This document shows, one piece after another, positions 1-15,279 of a stretch of 64,000 nucleotides of DNA. Within the stretch, counting starts at the first letter, position 1. The number at the start of each line of letters is the position of its first letter. Below the pieces are notes generated by a model. That model made no database searches and had not been told where the DNA came from. It saw only the letters and a list, made by a program, of their open reading frames with translations. This DNA is from Blastocystis sp. Blastoise. Lineage: Eukaryota; Protista; Bigyra: Opalinata. The DNA lies in NCBI GenBank assembly GCA_039096225.1, contig JBBPEB010000015.1, forward strand, positions 682,001 to 746,000, in the 5' to 3' direction. The position numbers and the translations under genes were made by a program.

Positions 1-20
1 ATGTTGATTTCTTAAGTAAG

Positions 21-1405
21 ATCAATCCTGATATTATGGATGAATATAAAAGCAGCTTTGAAAAATTTGGTATTGGTAATAATTCTGATTGTCCTATTTA
101 TGATGGTATTTATGATTTCTGTCAACTCTATTCTGGTGCTTCATTAGGTATGTATATATACATATATGTATATTTAGTATATAAATATATTATGTTTATT
201 ATGTTTATTATTATGTTTATTATATTTAATATTATGTGTATTATTATTATATATTGTCTATATATAGATGCTGCTGTTCGTCTTAATCATGGTTTAAATG
301 ATATATGTGTGAATTGGTCTGGAGGTCTACATCATGCAAAGAAGGCACAAGCTTCAGGATTCTGTTATGTTAATGATATCGTCTTAGCTATTTTAGAATT
401 ATTAAAGTATATTATATAGAGAACAATTTCGTTTATCTATATTTGTTTTAAATAAAATATTATTATGTTTATTATGTTTATTATGTTTATTATGTTTATT
501 ATACTTATTATACTTATTATGTTTATTATGTTTATTAATATCTGTCTATTTATTACTTCCTCCCCTTATATATATATAATGTCCTCTAGGTATTATCCTC
601 GTGTATTATATATTGATATTGATGTTCACCATGGAGATGGAGTAGAAGAAGCCTTCTATTTAACAGATCGAGTTATGACATGCAGTTTCCATAAATTTGG
701 AGATTATTTCCCGGGATCTGGAGCTCTTAAAGATGTAGGTATTGGGCCCGGCAAATATTACGCGGTCAATATCCCTCTAGATAGTGGTATTGATGATGAA
801 AGCTATAAATTCGTCTTTGAACCTGTATATAGAATTATTATTTTTTTTTTATTATTTATTATTATTATTATTCATCAAAAATATTATACTTCTCTCTCTA
901 GATATATATATATACTATTCAATATAGGTAATAACAAAGATCATGGAAGTCTTCCAACCAAGTGCTATTGTTCTTCAGTGTGGCGCAGACTCCGTCACAG
1001 GGGATCGTCTTGGATGCTTCAATTTATCTCTCCGTGGACATGCTTCATGCGTTAAGTTCGTACAACGATTCCACGTGCCTACTCTTGTTCTTGGAGGAGG
1101 AGGTTATACTATCCGTAATGTCGCTCGTACTTGGGCTTTTGAGACGAGTGTCTTATTAGATAAAGAAGTCCCTAACGATATACCTTATAATGACTTCATC
1201 GAGTGGTATGCCCCTACTTATCAATTACATCTTATTCCCACGGATATGGAGAATAAAAACAATAAAGAAAAACTGAAAACTATTATGTATATATATATAT
1301 TATAATAATAGTGTTCATATTTATATTATAATATATATTTAATATTTAACATTACAATTATTTTTTCATTGCTTCTTATTCATATTATCATCATTACTTT
1401 CCCAA

Positions 1406-1437
<32 letters not shown>

Positions 1438-1963
1438 TTTATTTATTTCTTGCTTAGTGAGACAGTAACAGAGCATCTGCGTCACATAGAAGGAGCTCCC
1501 TCGTGTCAATTACAGAACCGCCCTCCGGACTGGAGTCTTCAGAGTATCACAAATAAGAAGGAACTAGAAGATGAAGATGGAGATGACAGAGAACATCGTA
1601 TAGATATATATATATATATATATATATAATTTAAAACTATATTATTTATTATTATTAATATATTTATTATGTATTTATAATTTAAAACTATATTATATAT
1701 TTATTACTAATATATTTATGTTTCTTCTTATTCTATATATAGCGGATCACTTGGATACTCATGTTCAACACAAGAGTGAGTATTATGATGATGATCATGA
1801 TAATGATAAAACTAGTAATAGTAATAATAGTAGAGGAGACTTAGAAAATGAAAAAACAGATTCTATTCAAGTGAAAATCAAAGATAATGGTATTAATATG
1901 AAAGAAGTCAATATCAATTCAGATACTACCAAATCACCTTTAACCAAAAATTCAACTGCTTAA
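21..1963 (+). CDS. Class I histone deacetylase (RPD3/HDAC1-3 type), 5' end outside the window, at least 6 exons here
   Basis: Spliced ORFs give [74 protein letters not shown] and [13 protein letters not shown]. Introns are GT-AG; TAA at 1961-1963. Confidence 0.96.
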
Positions 1964-2649
1964 TATATATATATAAAGAATAATATGTTTTTTTTTTTAT
2001 TTACTATGTATTTATATGTTTTATATTTTTTTCTACTCTCAAATAACAATATTTTATTTATATTTTATTCGCATCATCTGTTTTTTTTTTTAATACTCTA
2101 TTCATAATACTCCTTTTCCTATTCTTTTTTATATGTTTATTTTTTTTTTAATTTCTGTATGTAATATTTATATAATATTTCTTCGATTAAGTTAGCCTAA
2201 TTGTTATGTTTATTTTTTATTAAATATTCAAGTTTACTATCTAATTCAGCCATTTTTTTTAAATTTGGATAGTATCGAATTATATTCTTTGAAGGTGATA
2301 TTCCTTTTTAAACCAGCATTTAGTCATTTATTGAATCTGCAACTATTTTATGTATTTGTTCTTATTGTGGATCTCATCAACACATAAATGTTTATAAAAA
2401 GGACTCAACCTAAAAACGCTGTAATTCTCAGCAAATAATTTCGTACTTTATAAGACAAGAGAAGAATGATATATAAATCTATATCACATACTTTAAAAAA
2501 AAAAGAAATTGAAAAGAAGAACTGATTTGAACTGACTAATTCTGAAAGTAAGTTCTGTACTGAATATTCTATACAGAAAATTTTTCAGATAGATTTTTTC
2601 AGTTTTTGTTAGAGATATTTCCATTAATTAGAACTATACTAACGAAAGA

Positions 2650-4462
<1,813 letters not shown>

Positions 4463-4766
4463 TAATTTGTATGTCGTGTAAATAATCGTTCAGTGATGTT
4501 AATATAACAATGTTTTTGTGTTGTAATTTGTAATGGTATAATCTAATCCATTATATTAGTACGTTATTTTGCATATCTCACAGTAGTTTATGTTTACGAT
4601 ATATTTGTTTTGTTCTAAACTAAATCCCTGTTTTTTGTTGTGTCACTTTCATCGTGTTTTTTGTTTTTTGGATAAGGATACTTTTTTTTGCGTATGATCA
4701 ATATGAAAATAGTATACATAGTTATCCATAAATAAATTTATGGTATCAAAATAATTTATTTGAATA

Positions 4767-7677
4767 ATGGAAGCTTTCTTAACTGCAATTCAATTCTGTG
4801 AACCTGGAAATGTCTGCGATATTAAGGTATCTGAAGAACAGCAACAACTCCTCACCGTTGAAGTATATAGTTCATTGATATTGATAATTATTTTCTTAGG
4901 GATTTGAAACCATGACCTTGACTACCTTCAATGAAAACTGTGTTTGGGGATTGAAACACTGTTACAAACTTAAGTGCCTCAAATGTATATTATTATAATT
5001 ATTATGGGAATAGTTCTTATATTATTTTTATCATTTAGTAACTGGTTTAGTGAGAGCAGACTTTACCGATTTCGTTAATTGGTTTACAGAGATCCAAGAA
5101 CACTGGAGTTCTATTGATCCAAATGCTGGACTAGAAACACTTGAAATAAGATGTATTTTATTTAATTTATCCTTCTTTATGCTATCTTATATTATTATAT
5201 ACTATATAAATTTTAATTATGATTAGTATTACATATATATAAATAGCATGTAACATATGTCCGAAAACAATGGAGGACTTAATGAATCTTTTTAATACCA
5301 ATGTGTTTACTCATTTGAAATCATTTACTTTAGAAAATGAGCCTTCTATGTCGATGAAGTCATTTATTCCTGGATTACTTTCAAATCATTGGACGTTATT
5401 TACTCAGGCATTAAGAAATCATTGTTGTCCTCATTTAGATCAGATATGTCTTCCTAACTGTACAATTGGAAGTACTGGTCTCGCCGAACTCTGTACAGTA
5501 TATAAAGAGAATAAAGATATGAATATTCGTACCTTGCAACTGCGAAATTGTGATATTGGTACTTCTGGTATTGAAGCATTCTGTCAATTCTGTCAAGAGC
5601 AGCCTATTGATTGTACTTTAGAACATCTTGATTTCAGTCATAATCGTCTTAAAACAAAAGGATTTATAGCGCTTGGTGATCTTTTCCGAAAGATGAAATT
5701 CCCTTGTTTGAAATCACTTAATATTTCTTGTATATATTTTGTTTATATGTATATTATTCTATTTTTATATTTTAGATAACCCTGGTCGATATAAAGCAGT
5801 TGATTATTTCCTTGAAGCTCTAGAATTTCAATGTTGTGAATTCTTAGAAAATCTTTGTCTTGATTGTATATATATATATATAGTCTTTATTATCATTTTA
5901 TGTTTTATATATATTGTTTTTTATATAATATAATTTCTTATCTATATATATATATATATATTGTTTTCATAATTTAATCTTTTATATTAATATATATATA
6001 TTTATCAACAACTAATTTTTTTACTATTAATTATATCTCTATACATTAATATATCTAGACCTTAGTATTGCTCCTGAGGGTTTCCAATGTATTGGTCATG
6101 CAATACGAAATAATTGTTTATCTCATTTAAGAGAACTATCATTAAATAATTGTGCTTTGACTGGTGAGGGTCTTGAACATGTGTGTTCTGCAATACAAGA
6201 CTGTAATTGCAATTCTCTGGAAAGTTTTTCAATTTGTGATAATCGCTTGTCCTTCAGAGAATGTCAAAGTCTCTTCGATTGTATTGAATGTGGTAAAATG
6301 AATATGATACGAGTTTGTTTATTAAATGGCAATAAACTAACAGATAAAGGTCTTTCCTTATTATTAGAAGCTTGTCATAGAGGAGGATGGGAGACATTAC
6401 AATTATTATCATTAAATCGCTGTAAATTAACTACCAATGGATTAACTCAGTTATATGAAGATCTTAATGCAAATCTATTCCCAAAACTTATCGAATTACA
6501 TCTTGATGGTATATATATTTATATAGTTATACTTTTTTATAATAAATATATATATTAGTATAAATTGATCATATAGATAAAATCAATTATTATATTATTA
6601 ACTTATTTTCATTCTGATAACCCTAGCTACTATTATCTTATTATAGGAAATAAGATTAATGATATTTTAACTGTTCAATTTCGTTCCTTATTTGAAAAAA
6701 ATTCTCCTTTAGATATTATATATATGGATAAGAATACAAAGCGTCGTCCTGCTCCTTCAATTCACGACGTTGATATTCAGCCATTAATTCAGGAAATACC
6801 TTTAGAGCCTGTTACTCCTATAGAACTAGAGAAAACACCATTATTTACTCCTATGGATGAACGAATAGTTGAAACAGATAAAGTAGCGAATGTAATGGAT
6901 GATTTATATGAGAATCAAGGAGAACCTCCTGAGAGATATACTCAGCAGGAACAAATAACAGATACAAATAATATAGAACAACAATCGTATCCTACAACTC
7001 CTGAACTTACTCCTTCTCCTGTTCCTACACATAAAGTTGAAACAGAAATACAGGAAATGACAAAGGAAATTCAAAAGGAACAAGTGCAAACACAACAAAA
7101 GAAGTCGATGTCTTATTCTGAAAGTTACTCTACAGAACGTATATTATCATTCACTTATATGTTTGTTTTATTATTTAATATATTCGTGAATAATATTATG
7201 ATTATAAATATTATTATCTCCTAAATAATTTGTTTCATTATTTAATATGTTAGTGAATAATATTATGATTATAAATATTATTATCTCTTAAATAATTTGT
7301 TTCATTATTTAATATATTCATGAATAATTTTATTATTAAAAATATTATTATTATCTCCTAAATAATTTATTTATTTACATATATTCAAGTATTAACATAT
7401 ACTCATAATAATATTATATATAGCGTCCTTAGAAGTCCCTGAAAATCAAGAGAATCCTGAAGAATATCGTTCATTCGATAACTCACCAACGGAACATCCT
7501 GAAGAACTACAACAAAAACAGGGAACTACAACAACTATGAATATGGAGGATATCGAAAAGAATCCTCGTAATTCTCAAGAAAAGGAAACTACCAATAAAA
7601 TACAATATGTTCAAGGTCCTGTTCCTATGGGTAGATATCAAAATATTGAACCTAAATCACCGGCTGCCTCTGCTTAA
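4767..7677 (+). CDS. Leucine-rich repeat protein (ribonuclease-inhibitor-like LRRs) with acidic/Pro-rich tail, multi-exon
   Basis: Repeats such as LQLRNCDIGTSG, LEHLDFSHNRLKTKG, LRELSLNNCALTGEG, LLNGNKLTDKG and LLSLNRCKLTTNG. ATG at 4767, TAA at 7675-7677, GT-AG introns. Confidence 0.85.
7171..7370. repeat. Intronic tandem repeat, ~67-bp unit, 3 copies
   Basis: TTATTTAATAT..GTGAATAATATTATGATTATAAATATTATTATCTC.TAAATAATTTGTTTCA at 7171, 7238 and 7305. Confidence 0.9.
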
Positions 7678-8593
7678 AAAGTATGTAAATATATATATAT
7701 TGAAAATATATATGTATATAGGAATCATTTCATTTTAATTATTTTGATACTTGAAGTTTTATACTTTATTTTTTCATATGATTCTTTTTTATATATTATT
7801 TTTTTAATTTCTTTAACTTATATTTAAATACATTCTTTTTATAATATACATTTAATATTTGTTATAACAATTGTATGAGACTCTAGCTATAACAATGTTT
7901 AAATGATAAACTAATTGTTTGTTTATTATATATTCTGAAAAAGCATCACTAGTCACCAATCTACAAATCATACAAGAATTAACCATATTCTATTCAACTA
8001 TATAGATATAAGTGAGATTGTATATTCAAAAATAATGAATGAATGAAAAGAAAAAACAAATAATGTAACAATAATTATTCGTTAAGGATAGAGAATCAAC
8101 TAAACTTAACACACCATATATTGTTAGTTACTGTAGAAAAGCAATCACCTTATATAGTAAAGATATATACTTAATTTATGATCATTCACATTATTCACAA
8201 TAGTCTTATTTTTTCTCACACTAAAATCAAGCCAAAATAAAAGTGATGAGACTAACACTATTCGAAGATCATAATAATTGAGTTTCAATTATATATTTAT
8301 TCAATTATAGATACACTAGATAATGTATTTCATATTCCATTTATCAGTTATTCATATTTTTGGAAAAATATTTAGAAATCAATGGAGAAGATTCGCGTAT
8401 TTTTCATTTAACTTGCTTTTAACTATGTCTAAGCAACTGTCCATTAAATAATTATTCACAAAAAACAAAAAAAATACATCCAAAAAGACGCTTTTAGCAA
8501 AAAGAAAATGCAGAATTAAAAAAAGGTAAAACGGAAGCTCCGAAATGATATGAGGATTAACATCATATTTAATTTGTTAAAATAACATAGAAT

Positions 8594-9332
8594 ATGAATA
8601 AGCTCTTTTATCTTTTTCTTGTTTTTTGTTTGATCTTCACTGTTGTTGAAGCTAAGAAGAAGGATGGTGTAAAGGAAAATCTTCCTGCTAATTCCAGACT
8701 TAGAATCGGTGTCAAATATCGTCCTGAGGTTTGTGAACGTAAGAGTAAGAAAGGTGATAAGTTATCCATGCATTATACTGGAAGTTCACATTTTTTCTCT
8801 CTAAAATTATCAGTTTTATATCTTATATTATATATATATACATTTCAATGTCAATAAGCAATATATAAATGTTATCATCTGGTACTTTATATACTACTGG
8901 AAAGAAATTCGATTCTTCTCTTGATCGTAATCAACCTTTTGAATTCGTTTTAGGAAGTGGTCAAGTCATTAAGGGTTGGGATCAAGGTCTTGTCAATATG
9001 TGTATTGGGTATCTATAGATTTCATTATATGTTTTATTATTCTTTCTCTTTTCATTGTTATATCAATTTTATCGTATATTCTATTAACAACTATACATAT
9101 ATATAGTGAAAAGAGAAAGTTAGTCATTCCTTCTGGTCTTGGTTATGGTGATCAAGGTGCTGGTGCTATGATTCCTGGAGGTATATTATTGTTTTTTATG
9201 TTTTCCTTTCCTTTCTATCACTGTTTTCTTGTCTTTTTCATATACTTATTTGATTGTTGATTATTTTATATATACTTTTTTACTCTAGGTGCTACTCTTG
9301 TTTTTGATGTCGAACTTCTTGCCATTAATTAA
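8594..9332 (+). CDS. Secretory-pathway FKBP peptidyl-prolyl isomerase (FKBP2/FKBP15-like), 4 exons
   Basis: Signal peptide; [82 protein letters not shown]...[14 protein letters not shown]. Confidence 0.95.
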
Positions 9333-10250
9333 ATTATTTTTTCTTCCCTATAAGATCTACCGACCTATCTTTTGTCGTTGTTTAGTTTGTTTTTGTTTTT
9401 TTGAATCATTTTTTTTGATACTTTATTTTTAATTTGATATAAATAACTAATCAATCACAAATTATTATTGTTTTATATTATTATAAAGTTTCGTTAATCA
9501 AAACATGACTAAATAATAGACAAGAGAAATATATGTTACAATGAATTGTATAAAATCATGTTAAAAACTATTTTATATACTCTCCAAATACGTAATATGT
9601 ATATTCTTTTGATAAATAAAGAGAATTAATAATTATCAATGTTTTTATTATTATTCACAGAAAAAATATAAAAAGCTATTATAAAAAGTTTTTAGATTAA
9701 AGAAACGAACAATATAATCAATTTTGTTATTATTATTACTAATAAAATCAGTTTTGTTATTAATATCATCTATACATATTGATAGTTTAATATATAAATA
9801 TTTTTGCAGGACTTTATTATCGATTTGCATCATTTATTTATTTATTTCGGTTTTTTGTTGTTTTTATTTTAATTTGTAAAAGATATTGATTTATATATCT
9901 CACATATAACTAAAGATTATACACATTTTGTTGATTCTGAAAAAAGTATTTTTCCGAGTATAAAAATATTTATATCAATAGTTTTTCATATAAATGCAAA
10001 GTTTTCAGATATGAATTAAAGTAAAAACTATTTTTTTGTTGCTAATTCGTCTTCGAATATGTAGTTTATTTTGACAATATTGTGTTGCCTATGAAATGAA
10101 GAAATTGACTTTGAAAGAAACTTCAAAAGTAAACAAGTAGAAAACAAGTTAGGGCAAGTTCTGTACAAAACACACCTTTTCAATAAAATTTGATGGATTG
10201 TCAGTCATTTTTATGAACATTTTATTTTTATATATATTGTGTCAACCAAA

Positions 10251-13060
10251 ATGAAATTTGTCACAATATTCTTTACATCATTTGTAATCATCATGTATTT
10301 CCTCATATATGAAGTATATACCTATTTAGTCTTACCATTTTCATTTCAATACAGACTTTTTTCAGTACTGGTGCTGAGATAGATAGGATAATCATGGGCC
10401 AGGGGAATGTAGCCAACAAGTTTTCTATGTACAAAACTTTCAGAAAACAGTATGATGTTCGTCCTGAACATGTTACCAAAGAAAGTAAAAAATCAACAGA
10501 TGATTCTATCTCTGAAGAAAAGGCTAGTTCTAAAGTGCCTCTTAATTCTTCTGTTAATAGTGAGTCTACAGAAACATCTGTGAAGAATATACTTTCTGAA
10601 AGAAGTGATGCTTCAGAAACATTATCAGTAGAGAATAAACCATCTCTTCGAAATGATAATGAATTTATAAAAGAGACTAAAGATGAAAATAATAATGAAA
10701 TTCAATCTATTCAGAACCCACGTATTGTTCCAAGTTCAACAGAAATAGACTCAGACGTTTCTGAGAAAGAAGAATCTAATCCTAAATCAATAGTTTCTAC
10801 AGAAAAATCTATTGTTTCAGATACCGTTGTTTCAGTACCTAAACAAACTGAAGTTTCTGAAATACAATCTTCTGATACTGCTTCTTCTACTATAGCTTCT
10901 ACTACATCTGTTGACCAATCAAATAGTTCAAAGCATACTGGTATTCCTACTTATGATGAATTAAGTTTATTATCTCCTGAAGAATTATTATCTACTTATC
11001 ATTATTATCCTATACCAAATCAAATTATACCTAAACAAGATCTATTCTCTGTTAAAGGAAATAGTATATATATATATATTATATATGATATAAATTAATG
11101 AATATAACTACTATATATATATATAATTATTGTCTGTGTCTATTCAATATATATATATATATATATTATATATATGATATAAATTAATGAATATAACTAC
11201 TATATATATATATAATTATTGTCTGTGTCTATTCAATATATATATATATATTATATATATGATATAAATTAATGAATATAACTACTATATATATATAATT
11301 ATTGTCTGTGTCTATTCAATATATATATATATATTATATATGATATAAATTAATGAATATAACTACTATATATATATATATAATTATTGTCTGTGTCTAT
11401 TCAATATATATATATATATTATATATATGATATAAATTAATGAATATAACTACTATATATATATATATAATTATTGTCTGTGTCTATTCAATATATATAT
11501 ATATATTATATATGATATAAATTAATGAATATAACTACTATATATATATATAATTATTGTCTGTGTCTATTCAATATATATATATATATATTATATATGA
11601 TATAAATTAATGAATATAACTACTATATATATATATTATAGTTCCTCCTCCAGAGTTCTTTGATGCTCCTATTCATATACCGAAAGAAGTCACAAAACCT
11701 TCTTCTACTTATGATTTAACGAAAGCTGATTTAACTACTTATTTTGAATACTATGCTAATAAACAAAGAGAAATTGTATATAAAAAGAAACCAACTCGTT
11801 ATTTATGTTTTAAACCGAATGTTGCTGGATTAGGAAATAAATTATTAGGATTATATACAGCTCTTCTTTTAGCTATGATGACAGATAGAACATTCTGTAG
11901 TATATATATTATATATATACTATATAATATATATGAATAATAATATAATTAAGATTCTATTTTTAATATATGCTTATAGTTGCTGATTGGAATTCTATTA
12001 ATGATTATTTCGAATTTTCTTTCCCTGTTCCAACCTTTAGACAACGTATATTATTATAACTATTAATATAGTATTATATTATTGTATATTATTATAATGA
12101 TATAAAATTATATTCTCTATTTTAATTTTTTTTTTAAAGCTTTTATATTTATTTTGATTTATTTAAATTTATTTTAATTAATTAATATCTATTCTACTAT
12201 ATCAATAATTCTTGTAGGTAATTTCAAGTCGTTTACGGAGTTTAAATATGGTCCCAGTTGTGGTCCTCGTCCTGACCTTCAAACAACGCCGTTTAATACT
12301 TTATTCCCTACGGATAATATTATTTATATATCGAATTGTCCTGCTGTCGATTGGCTTATGAAGAATCCTGATATGTTAGCTGGATTAAAGAGAATTGGAT
12401 TCTTACCTTTAGGAAAGAGAGAATTATATACAAAACTTAAAATAGAAACATTCTTTATGCATTATTTTATTCGACCTACTACAGAAACACGTGTAAATAT
12501 TATGAAACATATAGCTTCAAGATCTGCTACTACTTATGCAGGCTTTCATATTCGATCTGGAAATCAAACCGATTTCTATGTACATAAACCTAAAGCTTTT
12601 TTAACTAATGCAGATATCGATTATATGATAAATACTGCATATAGAAACTCAAATCCTAATGGAAAAACTATTCGATGGTATTTATATATTTAATTTATTG
12701 ATTAATGAATATATAAAAATAATTTATATATATATATATGTAAATAATAATATAATATTATATAATAATTTCTATAGGTTTATCTCTTCTGATTCTACAG
12801 CTGTTAAGAATAGAATTGATGCTATGTATCCTGGAATAATTGATTTTTATAATGGAACTATTGCTCATTCAGGAGGTGCTTCTTTTAAGAAGAATAATCA
12901 AGGTACTATGGATGCTGTCACTGAAATGTATTTAGTTGGACATAGTTCTCAACTCTATGTTACTCGAGGAAGTACTTTTGGTTATATTGCTAGTATTATT
13001 GGCCGTTTAGAAGCTACATCAATTGGCTTAGGTGATGCCCAAAAATTTCGTAAACACTAA
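10251..13060 (+). CDS. Type II membrane glycosyltransferase of the alpha-1,2/1,6/O-fucosyltransferase superfamily, with Ser/Thr/Glu-rich stem
   Basis: N-terminal TM segment; AGLGNKLLGLYTALLLAMMTDR, GFHIRSG (motif I), FISSDS (motif II), EMYLVGHSSQLYVTRGSTFG (motif III). Confidence 0.8.
11070..11640. repeat. Intronic minisatellite, ~85-bp unit, 6 full copies plus a partial
   Basis: GATATAAATTAATGAATATAACTACT(AT)nAATTATTGTCTGTGTCTATTCA recurs at ~11087, 11177, 11261, 11342, 11429, 11514 and 11599. Confidence 0.95.
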
Positions 13061-13200
13061 ATATTAATCTAATTATTATTTTCACACTATATGTCATAAA
13101 ATCTATTATTATCTGTTTAATAAAAAATTGTTAGTTATATTGTTTATTAATAATATATTAAAAAATATATATATAAATGAAAGAGTTTCTTCAAAGAGGT

Positions 13201-13216
13201 GGTGTTAAAAAACACC
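13201..13216 (-). promoter_or_regulatory. Histone 3' stem-loop of H2A
   Basis: Minus strand ATCA-GGTGTT-TTTT-AACACC-ACCT; 6-bp stem, 4-nt loop, 65 nt after the stop. Confidence 0.85.
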
Positions 13217-13281
13217 TGATTTATTATTTTTTTTAATTTTTGATATATATATAATTATTACTTGAGTTCTGATTAGGAAAT

Positions 13282-13674
13282 TTATTCTTCGTCTTCCTTT
13301 TCATCTTCACCCTTCTTATCGGGAAGAAGAGAAGGATTAATATTAGGAAGAACACCACCAGAAGCAATGGTGACTTTACCAAGAAGTTGGTTTAATTCTT
13401 CATCATTACGAACAGCAAGTTGAATATGACGAGGAACAATACGGTTCTTCTTGTTATCCTTAGCAGCGTTACCAGCTAATTCGAGAATTTCAGCAGTTAA
13501 ATATTCAAGAACAGCAGCAAGATAGACGGGAGCACCAGCACCAACACGATCAGCTACCTTAGCATCACGAATATAACGAGCAATACGACCAACAGGGAAG
13601 GATAAACCAGCACGAGCAGATCTACTTATAGTCTTTTCTCTATTACCACGACCACCTTTACCTTTACCAGCCAT
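13282..13674 (-). CDS. H2A: Histone H2A, intronless
   Basis: [15 protein letters not shown]...[27 protein letters not shown]...[15 protein letters not shown]. Confidence 0.99.
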   Translation of the reverse strand: MAGKGKGGRGNREKTISRSARAGLSFPVGRIARYIRDAKVADRVGAGAPVYLAAVLEYLTAEILELAGNAAKDNKKNRIVPRHIQLAVRNDEELNQLLGKVTIASGGVLPNINPSLLPDKKGEDEKEDEE

Positions 13675-13761
13675 TTTAAGTTTTTAAAAAAAGTATTCAA
13701 TAAAAATTTTATTTTTATAAAAATATTTACTCCTAAAAATATTTCCAAGAATAAAAATAAC

Positions 13762-13852
13762 TGGATTTTGTTTATCCAATCAAATAGTAATAAAGTAAAA
13801 TATAACAATTTATGGAATAAACAAAAACCAATGGATTTTGTTTAACCAATCA
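13762..13852. promoter_or_regulatory. Bidirectional histone promoter with repeated TGGATTTTGTTTA.CCAATCA (CCAAT-box) elements
   Basis: 21-bp direct repeat at 13762 and 13832, plus a near-inverted copy AAACAAAAACCA at 13819. Confidence 0.6.
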
Positions 13853-13959
13853 TTTACGGAAGAGTTGGATTGTTCTGATTGTTAGGTTTTTGTTTTTATA
13901 TACTATTATAATTTAGTAATAGTTAGATTTTATTTATTTGATTCATTTGATTTTATAAA

Positions 13960-14364
13960 ATGGCTCCTGCTAAGAAGGAAGAAACTGTTGCTCAACCTGA
14001 AGCCACTAAGGCTGTTGAACCTGCTGCCAAGAAGGTTGCTGAAAAGAAGACTGATGTTGAAGGCAAGAAGAAGCGTAGAGTTGCCAGAGCTGAAACTTAT
14101 GATATTTATATCTATAAGGTACTCAGACAAGTTAATGCTGAACGTGGTATCTCTAAGAGAGCTATGAACGTCATGAACTCTTTCGTTGATGATATTTTCG
14201 AAAGAATCATCCGTGAAGCTGGTAACCTTACTCGTATTAACAAGAAGGGAACTCTTGGTACTCGTGAAATTCAAACTGCTGTCCACCTTGTTCTCCCTGG
14301 TGAACTTGCTAAGCACGCTATGTCTGAAGGTACTAAGGCCGTTACTAAATTCCTCGGAAAGTAA
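13960..14364 (+). CDS. H2B: Histone H2B, intronless
   Basis: [14 protein letters not shown]...[21 protein letters not shown]...[30 protein letters not shown]. Confidence 0.99.
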   Translation: MAPAKKEETVAQPEATKAVEPAAKKVAEKKTDVEGKKKRRVARAETYDIYIYKVLRQVNAERGISKRAMNVMNSFVDDIFERIIREAGNLTRINKKGTLGTREIQTAVHLVLPGELAKHAMSEGTKAVTKFLGK

Positions 14365-14439
14365 GTTAATTAGTCAAATAGTCTTCTATTGAATATGTTA
14401 TAATATAAAGAATAAAAATTAAAAAAGAAAAAATTATCA

Positions 14440-14455
14440 GGTGTTTTTTAACACC
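14440..14455 (+). promoter_or_regulatory. Histone 3' stem-loop of H2B
   Basis: ATCA-GGTGTT-TTTT-AACACC-ACCT, identical to the H2A element. Confidence 0.85.
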
Positions 14456-14720
14456 ACCTATTAGAAGAATTTTTATTATTAATAATATGATTTTTTTTTC
14501 ATAATACATATATATGGAATTTACGTTTGTAAAGCATTTATAATATTTTAAAATTACATATATAGAAGAGTGTTTTTAATTGAAAAGAATTTGTGATTGA
14601 CTATATCCAGTGTTTAAAAAATAATAATTTTATGAATGCAAAACAATAGTGATAATAATATTCTATTTTAATATCTACACAAATAATACACATACAAATA
14701 ATAACATTCATTTAACTAAG

Positions 14721-15236
14721 TTACCAAATAGACTTTGATTTAATTCCAAAAGGTCTAGATAAATAAAAAGACCAAGAGGAAGGAGTAGATTCAGTAGAAG
14801 GTATAGTAACAGTGTTATCTTGAGGAATACTAGGTATTTCTTGAAGAGCAGCTTCTTCTTTTTCTTTTAATATTCTAGCTTCTTCTTCAGCAATTCGAAT
14901 AGCTTCTTGTTCAGCTTCTATTCTACGTTGTTCTTCAATTATCTTTTGTTTAGCTTCTTCTTCTTCTTTCTGTTTCATTAATTTCATTTGTTTCACTTTT
15001 TCCACTTCTTTTTCTAATTCTGATTTCGAAATACTACCTTGGAAATATTTCGTAACATACGATTCAACTTCTTTATCATATCCTAAATAACTATATAAGT
15101 TATCTTCATGATCAGGTATTCTTTCTTTAGCAGATACAATTCTACCTAATGGCTGACCTAATTGAACTTTTTCACCAGGTTTAACTACAAAATCAAATTC
15201 TGGACTTTCAAATATTAATACAACTGTAGATCCAAG

Positions 15237-15279
<43 letters not shown>

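Noticed and set aside
11070-11640. CRISPR-like regularly spaced repeats
   Set aside because: No unique spacers; whole units repeat inside a eukaryotic intron, so it is a minisatellite
13930-14316. 128-aa ORF antisense to H2B
   Set aside because: Shadow of biased histone codon usage
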